A DNA stretch of 63,617 nt, the filler included, from Sphacelaria rigidula (lineage: Eukaryota): NCBI GenBank assembly GCA_964200075.2. It is 2 parts of 2 records of this genome, joined end to end, with 100 filler letters (N's around TTAATTAATTAA, not from the genome) between each part and the next. Parts side by side here need not be neighbours in the genome. Positions count along the whole stretch, not along the records: positions 1 to 31,817 come from CAXNAA020000045.1; 1 more part is not named here. One strand, given 5' to 3'. Below are positions 1 through 11,883 of this stretch, piece by piece. Position 1 is the first letter of the stretch. Each line of letters opens with the position of its first letter. Under the pieces are notes generated by a model. It saw only the letters and a program-made list of their open reading frames with translations. It searched no databases and had not been told where the DNA came from. The translations under genes and the position numbers were made by a program.

Positions 1-999
1 TTTCTTCCATACATTACCCAAGAACCTCTTACACATCTTATCCCCGTCCTGCTTCGCCGTAGGGGGGGGGGTTCAAAGTGTGAGGAAAACAAAATGAAGC
101 CCGAAAGACCTCCAGTAATAAGATCCCCTCGCGAGAGGAGCGGAGCGATCATTCTGGCCGACCACGGCTGTCTAGTCGTATTTCTCATTTGGTAGGGACA
201 ATTCAACCATAGATGAGCACAACTGACGTGCTTTTTTCTCTGCTCGTGATCTGTGCCGCTTGCCTGATCCCTCATGTGTTGCCAGCATAGCTGCACACTG
301 TCTGCAGTGTTGTTGTGGAACACTAAACAGAGACGTCAGCAGCATGCCGCGCTCCTTCAGTTACAGCGGGCGATCCTGCCACGACTTTGATCTCAGCATT
401 CAAGACTTTCTATACTGCTACGCTGTAAGCCCAATCGGACTTCGCTCACGTGCGATTCACGGACAACGTTGAACATACTCAGCACCCGCACATCCTGAGT
501 CCCAGACCGCAATACCGCGCTTTCTTCCACCTGCTGATGAAAGTCATGGCAGAGGTGCAACACACTTATTTTCCACTCCTCACAAAATGGTGTCCGTGCA
601 TCCTAGTGGCATCATTCGTCTCCGGCCCGTGACTACCATGTCACCGGCCCTCGAACCCACGACGGCAGCTCGAGCCACAGCTCCCGAAGCTCTCGCGTTC
701 AAGGCCCTTTACGAATACCGGTCGCACCATCGCTCGTGTCCCGTCGGTCCCGTGTTCGCCGTACACTATGAATCCCGAAATGATATTACTGTGAATGCTG
801 ACGCTATGAGATATATATTTTCTATCATCGGCCCATGGGTCCTCGATCGAAAGACCCAGCGACCAACAGTCTTGCTACTCACGGCGCCGCCATCGTCAAA
901 AATACCCGCTCCGATGCTGCAACTATCTGATCCTTACAACGACAAACTACAAATTTGCAGCGAGCGCTCACCAGGACTACCATAGCCGCCGCGATATCT

Positions 1000-3900
1000 T
1001 CGACCCTCATCCCCCCCCTACGGCCGCCGCCGCCGCTGTCCCCGCGACCACCACGGTACCCAGCATCGCCGTGGACACGGATGCCGACAGCGGTCCTGCG
1101 ACAGGATCCCCACGCCCCCGTCGACCCAGCACCGCGCAACCCGTGATTACCCCACCGCCAGCGCAGGCTCGCGATCGGCTGGGCTTTGAGCACTGCCCGA
1201 CTGGTCTTGTCCAGATTGTTTGTGCAAGCCTCGCGAGGAACAGAACGTGCTCATCGCTCAGTGTGAACAGCTTGCTCCACAACTTACTACGGACCTTCTC
1301 GCACGACAGCGAGAGGCGGATGCCACCGCCGCAAGACTCACGGAAGAAGAGTACGATCGTAAATCCCTGGCTCTCAAGAGGGAGGCTGCTCGTGCTCACA
1401 CAAACAACTCCGTTGCCCACGGTCACTGCGAGAAGTCCGTGCTGCAGCCAAAAAGCTCATCGGCTGCAACACGACAAACTCCAAGTCCGGCGGATGGCGG
1501 ACCTGACAGAGGCGTTCTCAACGGGCCGTATCAACCATCAGTCATCCCGACCGACGGCGACCAACCTTCACAGCGGTCGTCGGGCCCCTTTGCAGCCCTG
1601 GCCCCCTCCATGCGTCACTGCTAATATCAGAGACGGAGACTGCACCGGACCACCACGTATCTCCCTAGCACCGCACAAGACAAAACTGTCCACGCCTTTT
1701 CTCGGAGGAATCATTTTCCGAATCCCCTCCAATGTTCGCGCGAGGCCCGGACCACTTTGGCCCACTCGCTCCACCGTGTTCTTGGATCATACCTGGATTA
1801 AGGGAGCCACCTCCCCGACGATGGCCTATCGTCCCCATGCCTTGGGCTAGCTGGTACCTCACATCCAGACCAGCTGAGAGCCCAGCTTTCACGGTTACGA
1901 AGCTCCGATCATTGATCTGTTTGCTGCATTGCGCACAGCTTTACATACCGCAACCGCCGATGACGGCTGGACTCCGGCGACCACTCGTTGCTCACGCAAC
2001 GAGAACAAGGGAGGCACTTGGAACGACAATAGCGGCGATTGTTCCCGTCATCACCACGGAAGTGGAGGCTCCTCATCAGAAGGGGCCGGACCGCGTCGAC
2101 CGCAACACTTGTAGTGAAGGCAGAAAATGGCAACGTGGTGGCTCGTCGAGCTCTTCTTCCGGCAAGCCCAGCAGTCAGTCCGCCACGGACCTGCCCCAAT
2201 CAGTGTCTCCAGCCTCTAGGCAAGTCAAATGTCGGTTGGCGGATGTTTCAGGTCAGATCTTAGGTCTTTCGACTAACGAGAGAGCAGACCGACCGCTGTC
2301 TTTCACTTCGGCCCATAATTTTGCTGCCGTTGCGGCCGACCAAGAACAGCCCACAGCTCGTGAAGCAGCAGCCGCCGCTCAGGCCGAGTCTGCTCGAGTC
2401 GCAACCATTCAGAGAGAGTACATTCAGATGGACGTGAAAAAACTTTGGCATATTAAGATCATGCTCGCAGCCGACAAAAAAGATCCGGGACTACTTACTC
2501 CCGCTCTCATCACATCTCTATGGCTCACTGTTCGAAACATCCTCCAGTTGCAGACTCCACGGGCGCTCAACACGTCGAAGGCCCCGTTACTTCTTTGATT
2601 CAACTCACCGATGGATTCATCGCCGCGATGAAACCGGATCGTGCCACGAGGAAGGCAGGCCCAGCAGTAATAGGATATGTGAAGCGGCACTTGGCTGGCT
2701 ACTTCGACCGGGGCACGCAAGGGGGCCATATTCAAGGTCTTGGTTGCTTCGGAGTACCAGACAAGCCCCCTTTCACGAATTCTCTCCGCAATTCAAGTCC
2801 TTAGTTTCCGGCACCATCGGTACCGAACGTCAAAGTAGCCCTTCTGATGCGATGTGTTGCTCGTATGTTTGAAAAAACGTTTCCGAGCAGTTTCCGACAC
2901 CGATGCCGTCGTTATTTCCGGGTGCCTCAGCACATTGCGAGGTACCTTACGCCTCCGTAGATGCAGTCAGGTCTGCTTTGTCCATCAAGAGAGTAACTTG
3001 ACGTCTACCATTCGCAGTGAGAAGAGTTCGACTATGCGCTCACAGTCTACCGCTGTGCTTTCCGCGACCATCTCCGGGTCTCCCGGACGGAATCAGAATT
3101 CGTTTCAACTTCATGGACACCGACGCTGTCGCCGGTTCAGCCATGAACGCAGAAAATAATAGAGGCTTGTTTCGCGCGACCTTTGACGGATGGCCGTACT
3201 TCAAAGGAACTGGGCATGAGGTCCACACCGCTTCTCAAACAGTTTTTGCAGCGGATGATCCCTCTTTGTGGAAGCCCCTTCTTTCGTCTTCTGCTAGACG
3301 CGACGCTTTCAGTCGTCACGCCAACAGTTGCATCAACTGCATGCCGAAGGTCACAACACGCATGACTGTGCCATGAACCTCGAACTGCAAGACAATGATC
3401 AAGCGTGGCGCCGTCGGCGAAAACGAATGCGCGATTATCGTGCGCCCAATCGTAATTCTCGCGATCGTTCCGACAACCGCGGCTATAACCACTCCAATCG
3501 CAATTGCAAATAAAAACAACAACAGCACCAATACCAATGATAAATCTGGTTGTCGCCAAAGAGATGGTTATTCTCGCAACAACCAAAACTTAGCTGATAG
3601 ACACCAGCGGACGGGGCCGGCTCATGATAACTCGAACCCGCAACAGAAACCCTGGTTCCCTTACGACCGATGACACCGACCTGTGGCGTACCGACGTCAG
3701 CTTTCTAGAGTATTCGTCGTCGCCGACAGCACTAACGAAGGTTTTATCAACATAGCCCACGGACCAAGCGACCGATACCTCTCACTCAATTCTCCGGGCA
3801 CTATTTAGTAGCACCAATATTGACTGATCATACCGACCCCCAACTTAAACGCTCCACACACAGCGGAACAGTTACATTCCCCCACAACACAGATCTACGA

Positions 3901-6900
3901 TCGGATCTGGACTTGGTCCTTCAGAACGGAGTGCCAATCTGAGGTGTGGGGACACCAACTGCCAGACACTGAGGCAAAGGCTTCCCTCCGCGACCGCACG
4001 TACAGGCAGTAGTCTACCCCCTTCGGCAGACTCAAGCGTTGCTGCTTTGAACTTGACCACTTCGAATCATGAAATACCTACCCAGCTGATCGAGCTCCTT
4101 CCTAACAAACAGTCAAACGCGCGGAGCTACCCCTGGCCGGTTTTTATGAACACCCGCTCCAATTTACCTTCGGCTATGTCTCTTCCGCCAAGCTTGCCGG
4201 CGGAAAGTCCACAAGCTTAGTCCAATCATGCCCCGATGCTGACCCCATGGACCCGACTGGACGCAGTTGTGGTTCCTCAACAATCTTTGGAAGTTACTCA
4301 ACCCTTGTCACGGCGAGAGACCAAACCCCGGAAATATGCCCCGAGGAAGCGCGCGATTAACACATACACCTCTCTCATGCGGAAAACCTGGACCTCGTTC
4401 TCGATGGCTTTATCAGACAACATGGAAGAAACCAAATCTGGTGTTTATGATGTCACTGCCCCTTCAATCGACGACCCTAGCACTGAACCGTCTGGATTCA
4501 CCTCGGATGTTGATCCCTGCTCCCCAAGACGGCCATGTATGAAACTACCGATTACCAGTCTAGCCGTGCCTAGGTGGGGGAAAAATATCGCCCACTACCT
4601 CTTTGAGTAAGAAATTCGACCCACCGGCGAATCACCCGCCGTCGGTTTTCACAGTCAGCCCGGCTGACCGCAATCAATTCACCTCGCCTGAACATGGTCC
4701 AGACCTTGTCACAGACAAAGTGCCTGTTGATCCTGCCTCTATATATAACTGCACGCGTGGTGATCCACATTGGTCCGTACGCCACCGCGCGTATGAAATA
4801 CGTTTCCTTGTTCGATGGCGGCGGTCCACAAACATTTGTTTGCGAACGAACATCGGAGCACATGAAAAGGATTGGTCCTGCTTCAGCAGTTTGTGAGACC
4901 ACCACCCAGCCTCGCGGAAGGGGTGGTTTTGGTGACTCCATCACCCCTCTGACCAAACAAAAACCCATGGGTCTCAGTGTGCATTTTTTTCACGACACAA
5001 CTCGTTCTGCCAGCCTTGCAATCTGGAAACTTTGTCTCCGACAGCACCACGCATCACGCCATACTACTGGGCATAGATGGCTATGTGCGGTTTGACAAAC
5101 AAACCTACCGCGCGCTACCACCATTCTCCCCATAGTCCGCGCCTCGTGGAGAATTCAACCTTGAACACTGTCGTACACTCCCCGGCGCCCTGGCCTACCA
5201 AACACATGACCGAGCAACCAGAGCGGTTCACCACCTACGATACAACGGTAGTGCTGGTGTTACCCTCTTCGACTATCCTGACCTTGTACATGTCGCACTA
5301 GTCCGCCGAAATGGTGCGCTTCACACGCGGAAATTCGTCTTAAAGAAATGTTGCCCCACATTGGTGCGCCTGCCGACACCAAGCATTGTGTCTCAGCGGG
5401 AAAACAACGCCTGCCCCTCACTGGTCATGCTAACGTGGAACTCGGCGATGTTTTGAGAAGAGCCGCCGCTCCCCTAATGCACATCCCACTCGAGATACAG
5501 TATGCGTAACCGATCCTCCGGCACCCAGCACCACGCCTCCGGTAGGATGCTCCGACCTAGCCTCTACACCTCCACCTCTTGTCCACACTGTGGGCCCTGC
5601 CCTGTCAACTTCCGATCCCCCTTCTGATATGCTTCAAGGCATATTACCAGAATATCTTGCAAATTTGGAACCAGCTTCCACCACACTTACGTGACATCAG
5701 TTTAGACCCCCGTGGGCCCGGTTTGGAACCAGCTGTCGTTCAAGAATTGAGCGATGTCTTGCTATAGTACTAAGACCGATTTTTTAAGTACAAGACGGAT
5801 CTTGATCATTTCAAAACGCTGCCCTTCAGAGTTACACTTCAACCTGGCGTTTCGGCAACCTCTTCTAGACCGTACCGGACAAACCCAGTCCTTATAGAAA
5901 AGCAAATGCCATCTTCGATGTATATTTGGGAGTCAGTCTGGTACAGCGCTTCTCCTTTCCTTGGGCTTCGTCACTCGTGGTCGTTCCCAAGATGGATGGA
6001 TACTTGCGCATCACCGTGAATTATCAACGATTGAATTGTGCCACTGTCGTTGGTGCTCCCGCCCCCCCGTGTAAATGAAACCTTTGACTCCTGAGGCGAA
6101 GGAAAAAATTCAGTACCTGCGATCTCGCTTCTAGATTTTCCCAGAATGCTTTTCACCCTGGCACAATCCCACTAACGACATTTTTTGCCCTGTCCAGACT
6201 CTACGGACAACCAAGTATGCCACAAGGCGCTGCCACTGCCCCACGATGCTTCCAATGCTTAATGTAAAGCGTCACAGGGGCATCGAGCACGTCATAGTGT
6301 ACTTGGATGATGCTATCGCTTTCGATGCCTCACCTAGTTTGCATGTATACACAACACGAGAATTTCTTCCTCGTCAATGAAGGCACGATCTGAAGTGTTC
6401 CCCGTCCAAGTTCGCCTTGGCGCGACTGCGTTGAATCTTCTTGGACATTCCATTTTGCAGCAGGCTTGCACTCAGAATCCAACAAAGTTGAGGCAACGAC
6501 CGAAATGTCGATGCCCACCAACATTTCTCAGCTTCGCTCACTGTTGGGCAGACTCGCCTACCATCGCGAACTTTTACCGAGTTTGTCCAAAACAATTCGC
6601 CCCCTTACTGAGCTACTCAGTAAAAGCGCCGGGTTTGTTTTCACCACCGACATGGCGTGGAAACTATCATTCGTGTATGGTTAAACGCGTACCGAAAAAT
6701 CAGTCCTCTGTTTCCACCGAGAACGCGACTGAATAACCCCTCCGATTGGCCCTGTCCCACACCTCCGGCCACCAGATCACCCTTCGTCATGGGACGCAAA
6801 ATCTATTTCATGTAGAATACCACTAAAACCTTTCGAAAGCGTCCCGGGAACGTGAATCAAATCTCCAGCTGCATCGCCGTGCCGTCCTTCTCTGCTGGAC

Positions 6901-7400
6901 ACAATCTCAACGGCAATACCTTGCTCACAACAAAACGTATCGCAACATACGTCGCGGCGTAGTGGCCCGTGAATCCCACCGTGACAAAGGCCTGCGCTTT
7001 GTCGCCGATGGTCATGAATTTGTTACCAACCAAAAATTGTGAAGAAAACAAATGCGCACAACAGAGAGTACTCCTCAGAGGCGCTTATTTCTGATATTAA
7101 GGCAGCGACAACCTCCTCTGGTGGCTGAGCCACACCTACTCCGCCGATCTGGTCGCGATCGACACGTGCATTGTGCATTTCATCGATTTCCTAGACCTGT
7201 TCAGCTTAAGCTCCGCCCAGTGTGATATACCACCAGCCCATCTGCACCAAGGAGATCCTGATGTCTTCAGCGACTCAAGCCCAATTTCTCCGCAGAGGAA
7301 TTCATCGCGATATAGATCACACAGACGATGTCAACGCACCGCTTTGAGCTACCGCTCAAAGTCCTGCCTTTGACCCAGGTCTTATACTTATTTTCCCTAC
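1000..7400 (+). mobile_element. Degenerate Ty3/Gypsy-type retrotransposon; boundaries approximate, LTRs not identified
   Basis: Frameshifted Gag CCHC knuckle (CINC/HAEGHNTHDC, ~3329-3370). Protease-like LFDGGGPQTFV (~4800). RT motifs PWASSLVVVPKMDGYLRITVNYQRLN (~5960-6036), MPQG (~6218), YLDD (6300-6311), LLGHSI and QLRSLLG...IRPLTELL. Many stops and frameshifts; RNase H and integrase are mostly missing. Confidence 0.85.
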
Positions 7401-9502
7401 CCCATTTTCCCCCTAGAAATTCCCCCCCGACTTGATCGCTCAGGACAATATTCGACTGCATCCACAATACAGCTACCTACAGCAGACCACGAACGCAGCC
7501 TATCTGAGGTCCCTTCCTCCACGACTACCGAAGCTTTAGTATTCCTACCCCTTGGCTTGTGTGGCTGGCGCTTGACTCTGTGGAATCCCCCATTTGCTCA
7601 TTTTCTAATTTCCTAGATTTTGCCCAGAACGCGTTGGTCGCATGTGATTGACCTTTCGTCGATTTTCATTTGGTATTCTCTAGGTGAAAAAGTTGCTCCC
7701 TGTTGTACCTTTCCGGTTTGCCCCTTCGTTATGCTAGCATGTCGAAGCTATTTGTGTTTCTTCGTTGGTACTTCTTCATTTGAGTGTTCGCTATCGCGCA
7801 TAAACAGTTTGTGTCCCTCCGTATCGAAGCAGCCTTGTGCTTCCTCCGATTGAAGTGTGGGAGGGTCGGGCGTTGCTCCACCACTCTTTGGGTGTGCCTT
7901 TCTAGCTGTTTATGACTTCACGAGTGAAGGAAAGCCTTATTTTCCGTTGCATCTTTGGGATACTCATCGCACACCGTAATAGAGGCTCGTCTGGGTGAGC
8001 TAGTGTCTTGAAGTTGAAAGGCTTACATCGCCATGCCTTGCAGACCCGTGGATTTGGTACTTGACACTTTGTTCAGAGGAATATTGAGTGAGGAATGCAA
8101 ATCTGGTCAGACTTGATCAACAGGTGAGAGTGATGTCCGCCTGTCGAATTGGGGTTTGCCTATGTCTGTCACTTACATATCACGAAGCATATCACCGAAA
8201 CCCGTGCAATCCGGTAAGACGAATGAAAGAACATTTAACGAGCGATACGGAATAGGAGAGAACAGGAATCTTGTTGATGAAGAAGACATTGAAACTACCC
8301 ATTGCGCAAATAAAAACATATCAAGACAAGGGTCTCTGCTGGTGTTTGCAGGTGCGAGGCACAGCACGGTTGATCTGTACCGCTGATCTCGAAAATCACT
8401 TAGTGCAGCTTAACTTCTTACACTGTGTGTACACCGTGGTCCTCGCAAGCATTCGAGAGTCATCAGGTACCTTGCCTGTCCCGGAAAAAACGAAAATCTC
8501 AAAAAAATAGTGTCGATGATAATGGGCCTCAGTAGGTGGTGCAGTTCGAGATTTAAATATTTTTTCTTGCGGCAGGATATGGCGAGATTGTGCGGGGTGG
8601 CGAACTGTTGTGATGCTGTGCAAAAGTGCGCGCTGGGGACCACACAATGACCGCGATCTCTGTCTACAGTACTAGTATGTTGGGCAGCCGCATTTACGCC
8701 AGTGAAATGAAATGTCACACTACAGCAGCTACTGTGTGTTAATCACGCTCGTCAAGAAGAAATCGGGGTGCGCCCCCCTCGCCACAGAATCAACCAACCG
8801 GTTTGTGAGGAGGTATGGCGGTTTGGGCTTCACCGTCGACATCACACATGTTTTACCCGCTTATAAGATAAGGGGCAGGGATTGTCATGTGATGGGGATT
8901 TGCAGTTGCTGAGTTACTGTTACTGGGTACTTACCGGCGAGTACTGGAAATATATATCTTGGGCGAATGTTTGGGCCGCGCATGGATCAACCACCAGCCA
9001 GCTGTAAGTTTTACAAGTACCTCTCTGGTAGCTATCTTGCTTGATTACGTGGATTTATCAACGTGGAACTATACCGTATATACGTACGTAGGGGATTGAA
9101 GTAGACTCGTTTGAATTTGAGCTGAGTTATGACTTGAGTGAAGACATGTCTTTGGGTCGGGATATATCTCGCACCGCCCCATCGTTGACACTCACTCATC
9201 GTGGCCTTGAATTCTACAGTACAGTAGAGGTTAATAAAACACCATTTCTGCGTCTGATACTTCCACTGCGTCGTCAACTGTCTTCGGCTTCGGTGACTGA
9301 GCCTCAAGAACAAGGAGATCGAGTCAGTTCCTTGCCTGAGTGTAACATACCCTTCCCTATTCTGCTCATTCCTTACTCGTGCATGTTTGGTGAACTCGCC
9401 CCCTGAAAATACATCAACTGTAGCAAGCATACAGCTGAGGACTCTTGATCCTAGGTTGTTATCGTCCTCTCTGCCTCTAGCGAAATGAAGTAAGTTTCAA
9501 GT

Positions 9503-9622
9503 AGCAGCCTCGTGGAGGAGAGTGTTGGTGAAGTCATGGTAAATGTTTTCGTTTGTGCGAGAAGCAGTCTCGTGAAGGAGAGGTTTGGTGAAGTCATTGT
9601 AAGTGTTTACGTTTGTTCGAGA
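9503..9622. repeat. Tandem duplication of a ~59-bp unit
   Basis: agcag(c/t)ctcgtg(g/a)aggagag...ttggtgaagtcat...gtttg(tg/tt)cgaga occurs twice. Confidence 0.8.
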
Positions 9623-10054
9623 GGCTGACATGTTGTGTTTTGATTTTTTGATTAAAGGCGTCGCAAACTCGAGGTTCTCCGTACGTTTAATAATGTACTG
9701 TTAACTCTACGGGGAACGTAGAATTTGAGATCCATCGATTGTGGCGCGCGTCGTAAAATACTGCGTTGGGCCCTTGTTTTCATATCTGTTTTTTTTTCAC
9801 AATGAAAACTTACTGTATTTATAGTAAGACAGCAGTAGTGCAGGGAAAGATGTCACTCTACCAAGAGAAAAACTGTGAAGATCAGATATGTATTTTTCTA
9901 TGGAATTACATGAATGCTGTTGTAGCTGAAGCGTCGGACTCCCCCTCCCGTGTAGGGTGAATATCCCGCAGATGATCGAACAGTAGGCAGCTTTTCATCC
10001 AACAGGTACGAGCTGGGCTAGCGTAGAAGCGGGTCTATCGATGTGACACTCAAC

Positions 10055-10365
10055 TTCTCACCTCAGATTCGAGCGTTGTGCTTTGAAAGTTGGTGTGGAG
10101 TATCACAGGGGCAAAACAAAAAATCATGCTGCGCCTCGGCTGCACCTCGGCTGCACCTCGGCTGCACCTCGGCTGCACCTCGGCTGCACATTGAGGTTTT
10201 GGTTTATTTTCACGAGTTCAGGGGGAGAAACAGGACCCACTTTCATCAAACGTCCCTGGCTTACGAAAAAAAGCAAAAACTTTCATGTGCATCATGCTTA
10301 TTCATCTCGCCCCAGCGATTCCCCATAAATATTTCAAAGCGCAACTCTCAAAACTGAGGTGAGAA
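10055..10365. mobile_element. MITE-like element with ~34-bp inverted arms and an internal minisatellite
   Basis: ttctcacctcagattcgagcgttgtgctttgaaa (10055-10088) pairs with the reverse complement of 10332-10365. Confidence 0.65.
10128..10189. repeat. 11-bp tandem repeat (GCTGCACCTCG) x ~5.5
   Basis: Directly visible in the sequence. Confidence 0.9.
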
Positions 10366-10417
10366 ATCCACGCTCAGTGCCTCTCTACGTATTATATTGA
10401 ACCTAGTACTTGTTACG

Positions 10418-10523
10418 TCAACCGTTCGATCGCCAGGGTAGGTCATCCGCTGCGTCAGCATCATGTTCATTCGAAAAACGAACATTGGACTCAAAATGCC
10501 CCCCATGGCGCTCAACGGGTTGA
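10418..10523. mobile_element. Degenerate piggyBac-type MITE copy; a second one lies at ~10773-10872
   Basis: tcaaccgttcgatcgccagggtaggtcatcc...caacgggttga has the same length and internal motif as the other copies. Confidence 0.5.
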
Positions 10524-11883
10524 GTACACGTTGGCGTCGTATTTACAGTTCGTCGTTACCAGCAGAATGAGTCGTTCAACGATAGGGGGGGTCAAAATCA
10601 GCGTTCTATTTACAACGCGGGGCAACAAGCATTCTCACTGGTTCCCGTTGTGGACAAAAAAGCACCAACTGCGTTTTATCTGAGACAACAAATCGCCCAT
10701 CTGTCCGGCTGAACACATCTCTTATGGCCTTGTGCGAGCTTTTCCCGTGGAACAGCTAACGACGACCTTATCTTGACCCTTTGGCCGCCGGGGTGGGACA
10801 TTTGTTGAAGAGGCATCATCTTCACAAACTCAAAAATGCAGTTTTTTTAATGGCTTGAAGTCAAAGGTTTAAACAATCCGATAGGGGATAAGGGCGCGGT
10901 GAGAAAGATGCTGCTTTCCCCCTCATCACTACCACTTCTATCCTTGAACGATTCGGGTGCTATCCTCCATAATCCAGCCCTTGGACATGTTGCGGGAGAC
11001 TGGACCGTACCTGGGACACTGTAGATCATCTCAAGCGGAGTTGCACTGACCCTACAGTATATTATACTTTTTGTACAAAAATTGAAATGTATTCTACCGT
11101 TGCTCGAGGTCGCATCAGGACGAAGTCTCACGACCACTACTGTACTATTGTACTACACACACCTCAGCATATGTATAGGCAGCACCGGTGTCTACCCCTG
11201 AGCTTTATATGGGCCACCAAGCGTGATTTATTTGGGGATGAAACAGTACACTCAGACCGTCATGTATCTCAGATCTTTACTGTCTCTACTGTACGGTACC
11301 TGGTTGTCAGGTGAGCGCGCTGCCAAGGAGCTGGACTGCAGGGTTGAGATCTTTGCACGACTAAAGTGTGATATATCACCCGTCGAAGCGCCGAGGAAGA
11401 CACGGGATCACTACGGAAAATGCGCACGTTGTGTAGTGTTCAGCCTGTATATCGGTGTACCTCGTGGAAATCGAAGCTTGGCTACACTGCAGCGATACAA
11501 AGCGCGCGCGCACGAAGGATTGGAAGATATTGGATAATGACCATTGTAAGATCACATGCGTCGGGTACGGGGTATATCACCCTCGGTAATAAGACACCAA
11601 GGCTCATCTCTCGAAGACTACGGCAACAGTCACAAGGTTTGTATTTTGAAACGTATCATATCAGTTTGAAGTCATTATCCTGGACGAACTTTCGTCATAA
11701 CGTGGAATTTTCTCAGCAAAGAAGATTTTCAGCCTGCTTCGTTTGTCACCCCGGGTGCTAAATCCCGTAAGCTAGGAAGGTGTACGTATCCATTTGCGGA
11801 TTTGGGAAGTGTCATGTCTCACATCGACTGATTTGCAAACATCGCTCATCATCACTTCCTCGCAAACACGCGGTAGAGAGAGC

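Noticed and set aside
1071-2598. Long ORFs (259 and 288 aa) as host genes
   Set aside because: They lie in the gag region of the decayed retroelement, overlap in shifting frames, and show no exon structure or recognisable domain.
10128-10189. Short regular repeats as a possible CRISPR array
   Set aside because: Head-to-tail 11-mers with no spacers and no cas genes; this is a minisatellite inside a MITE-like element.
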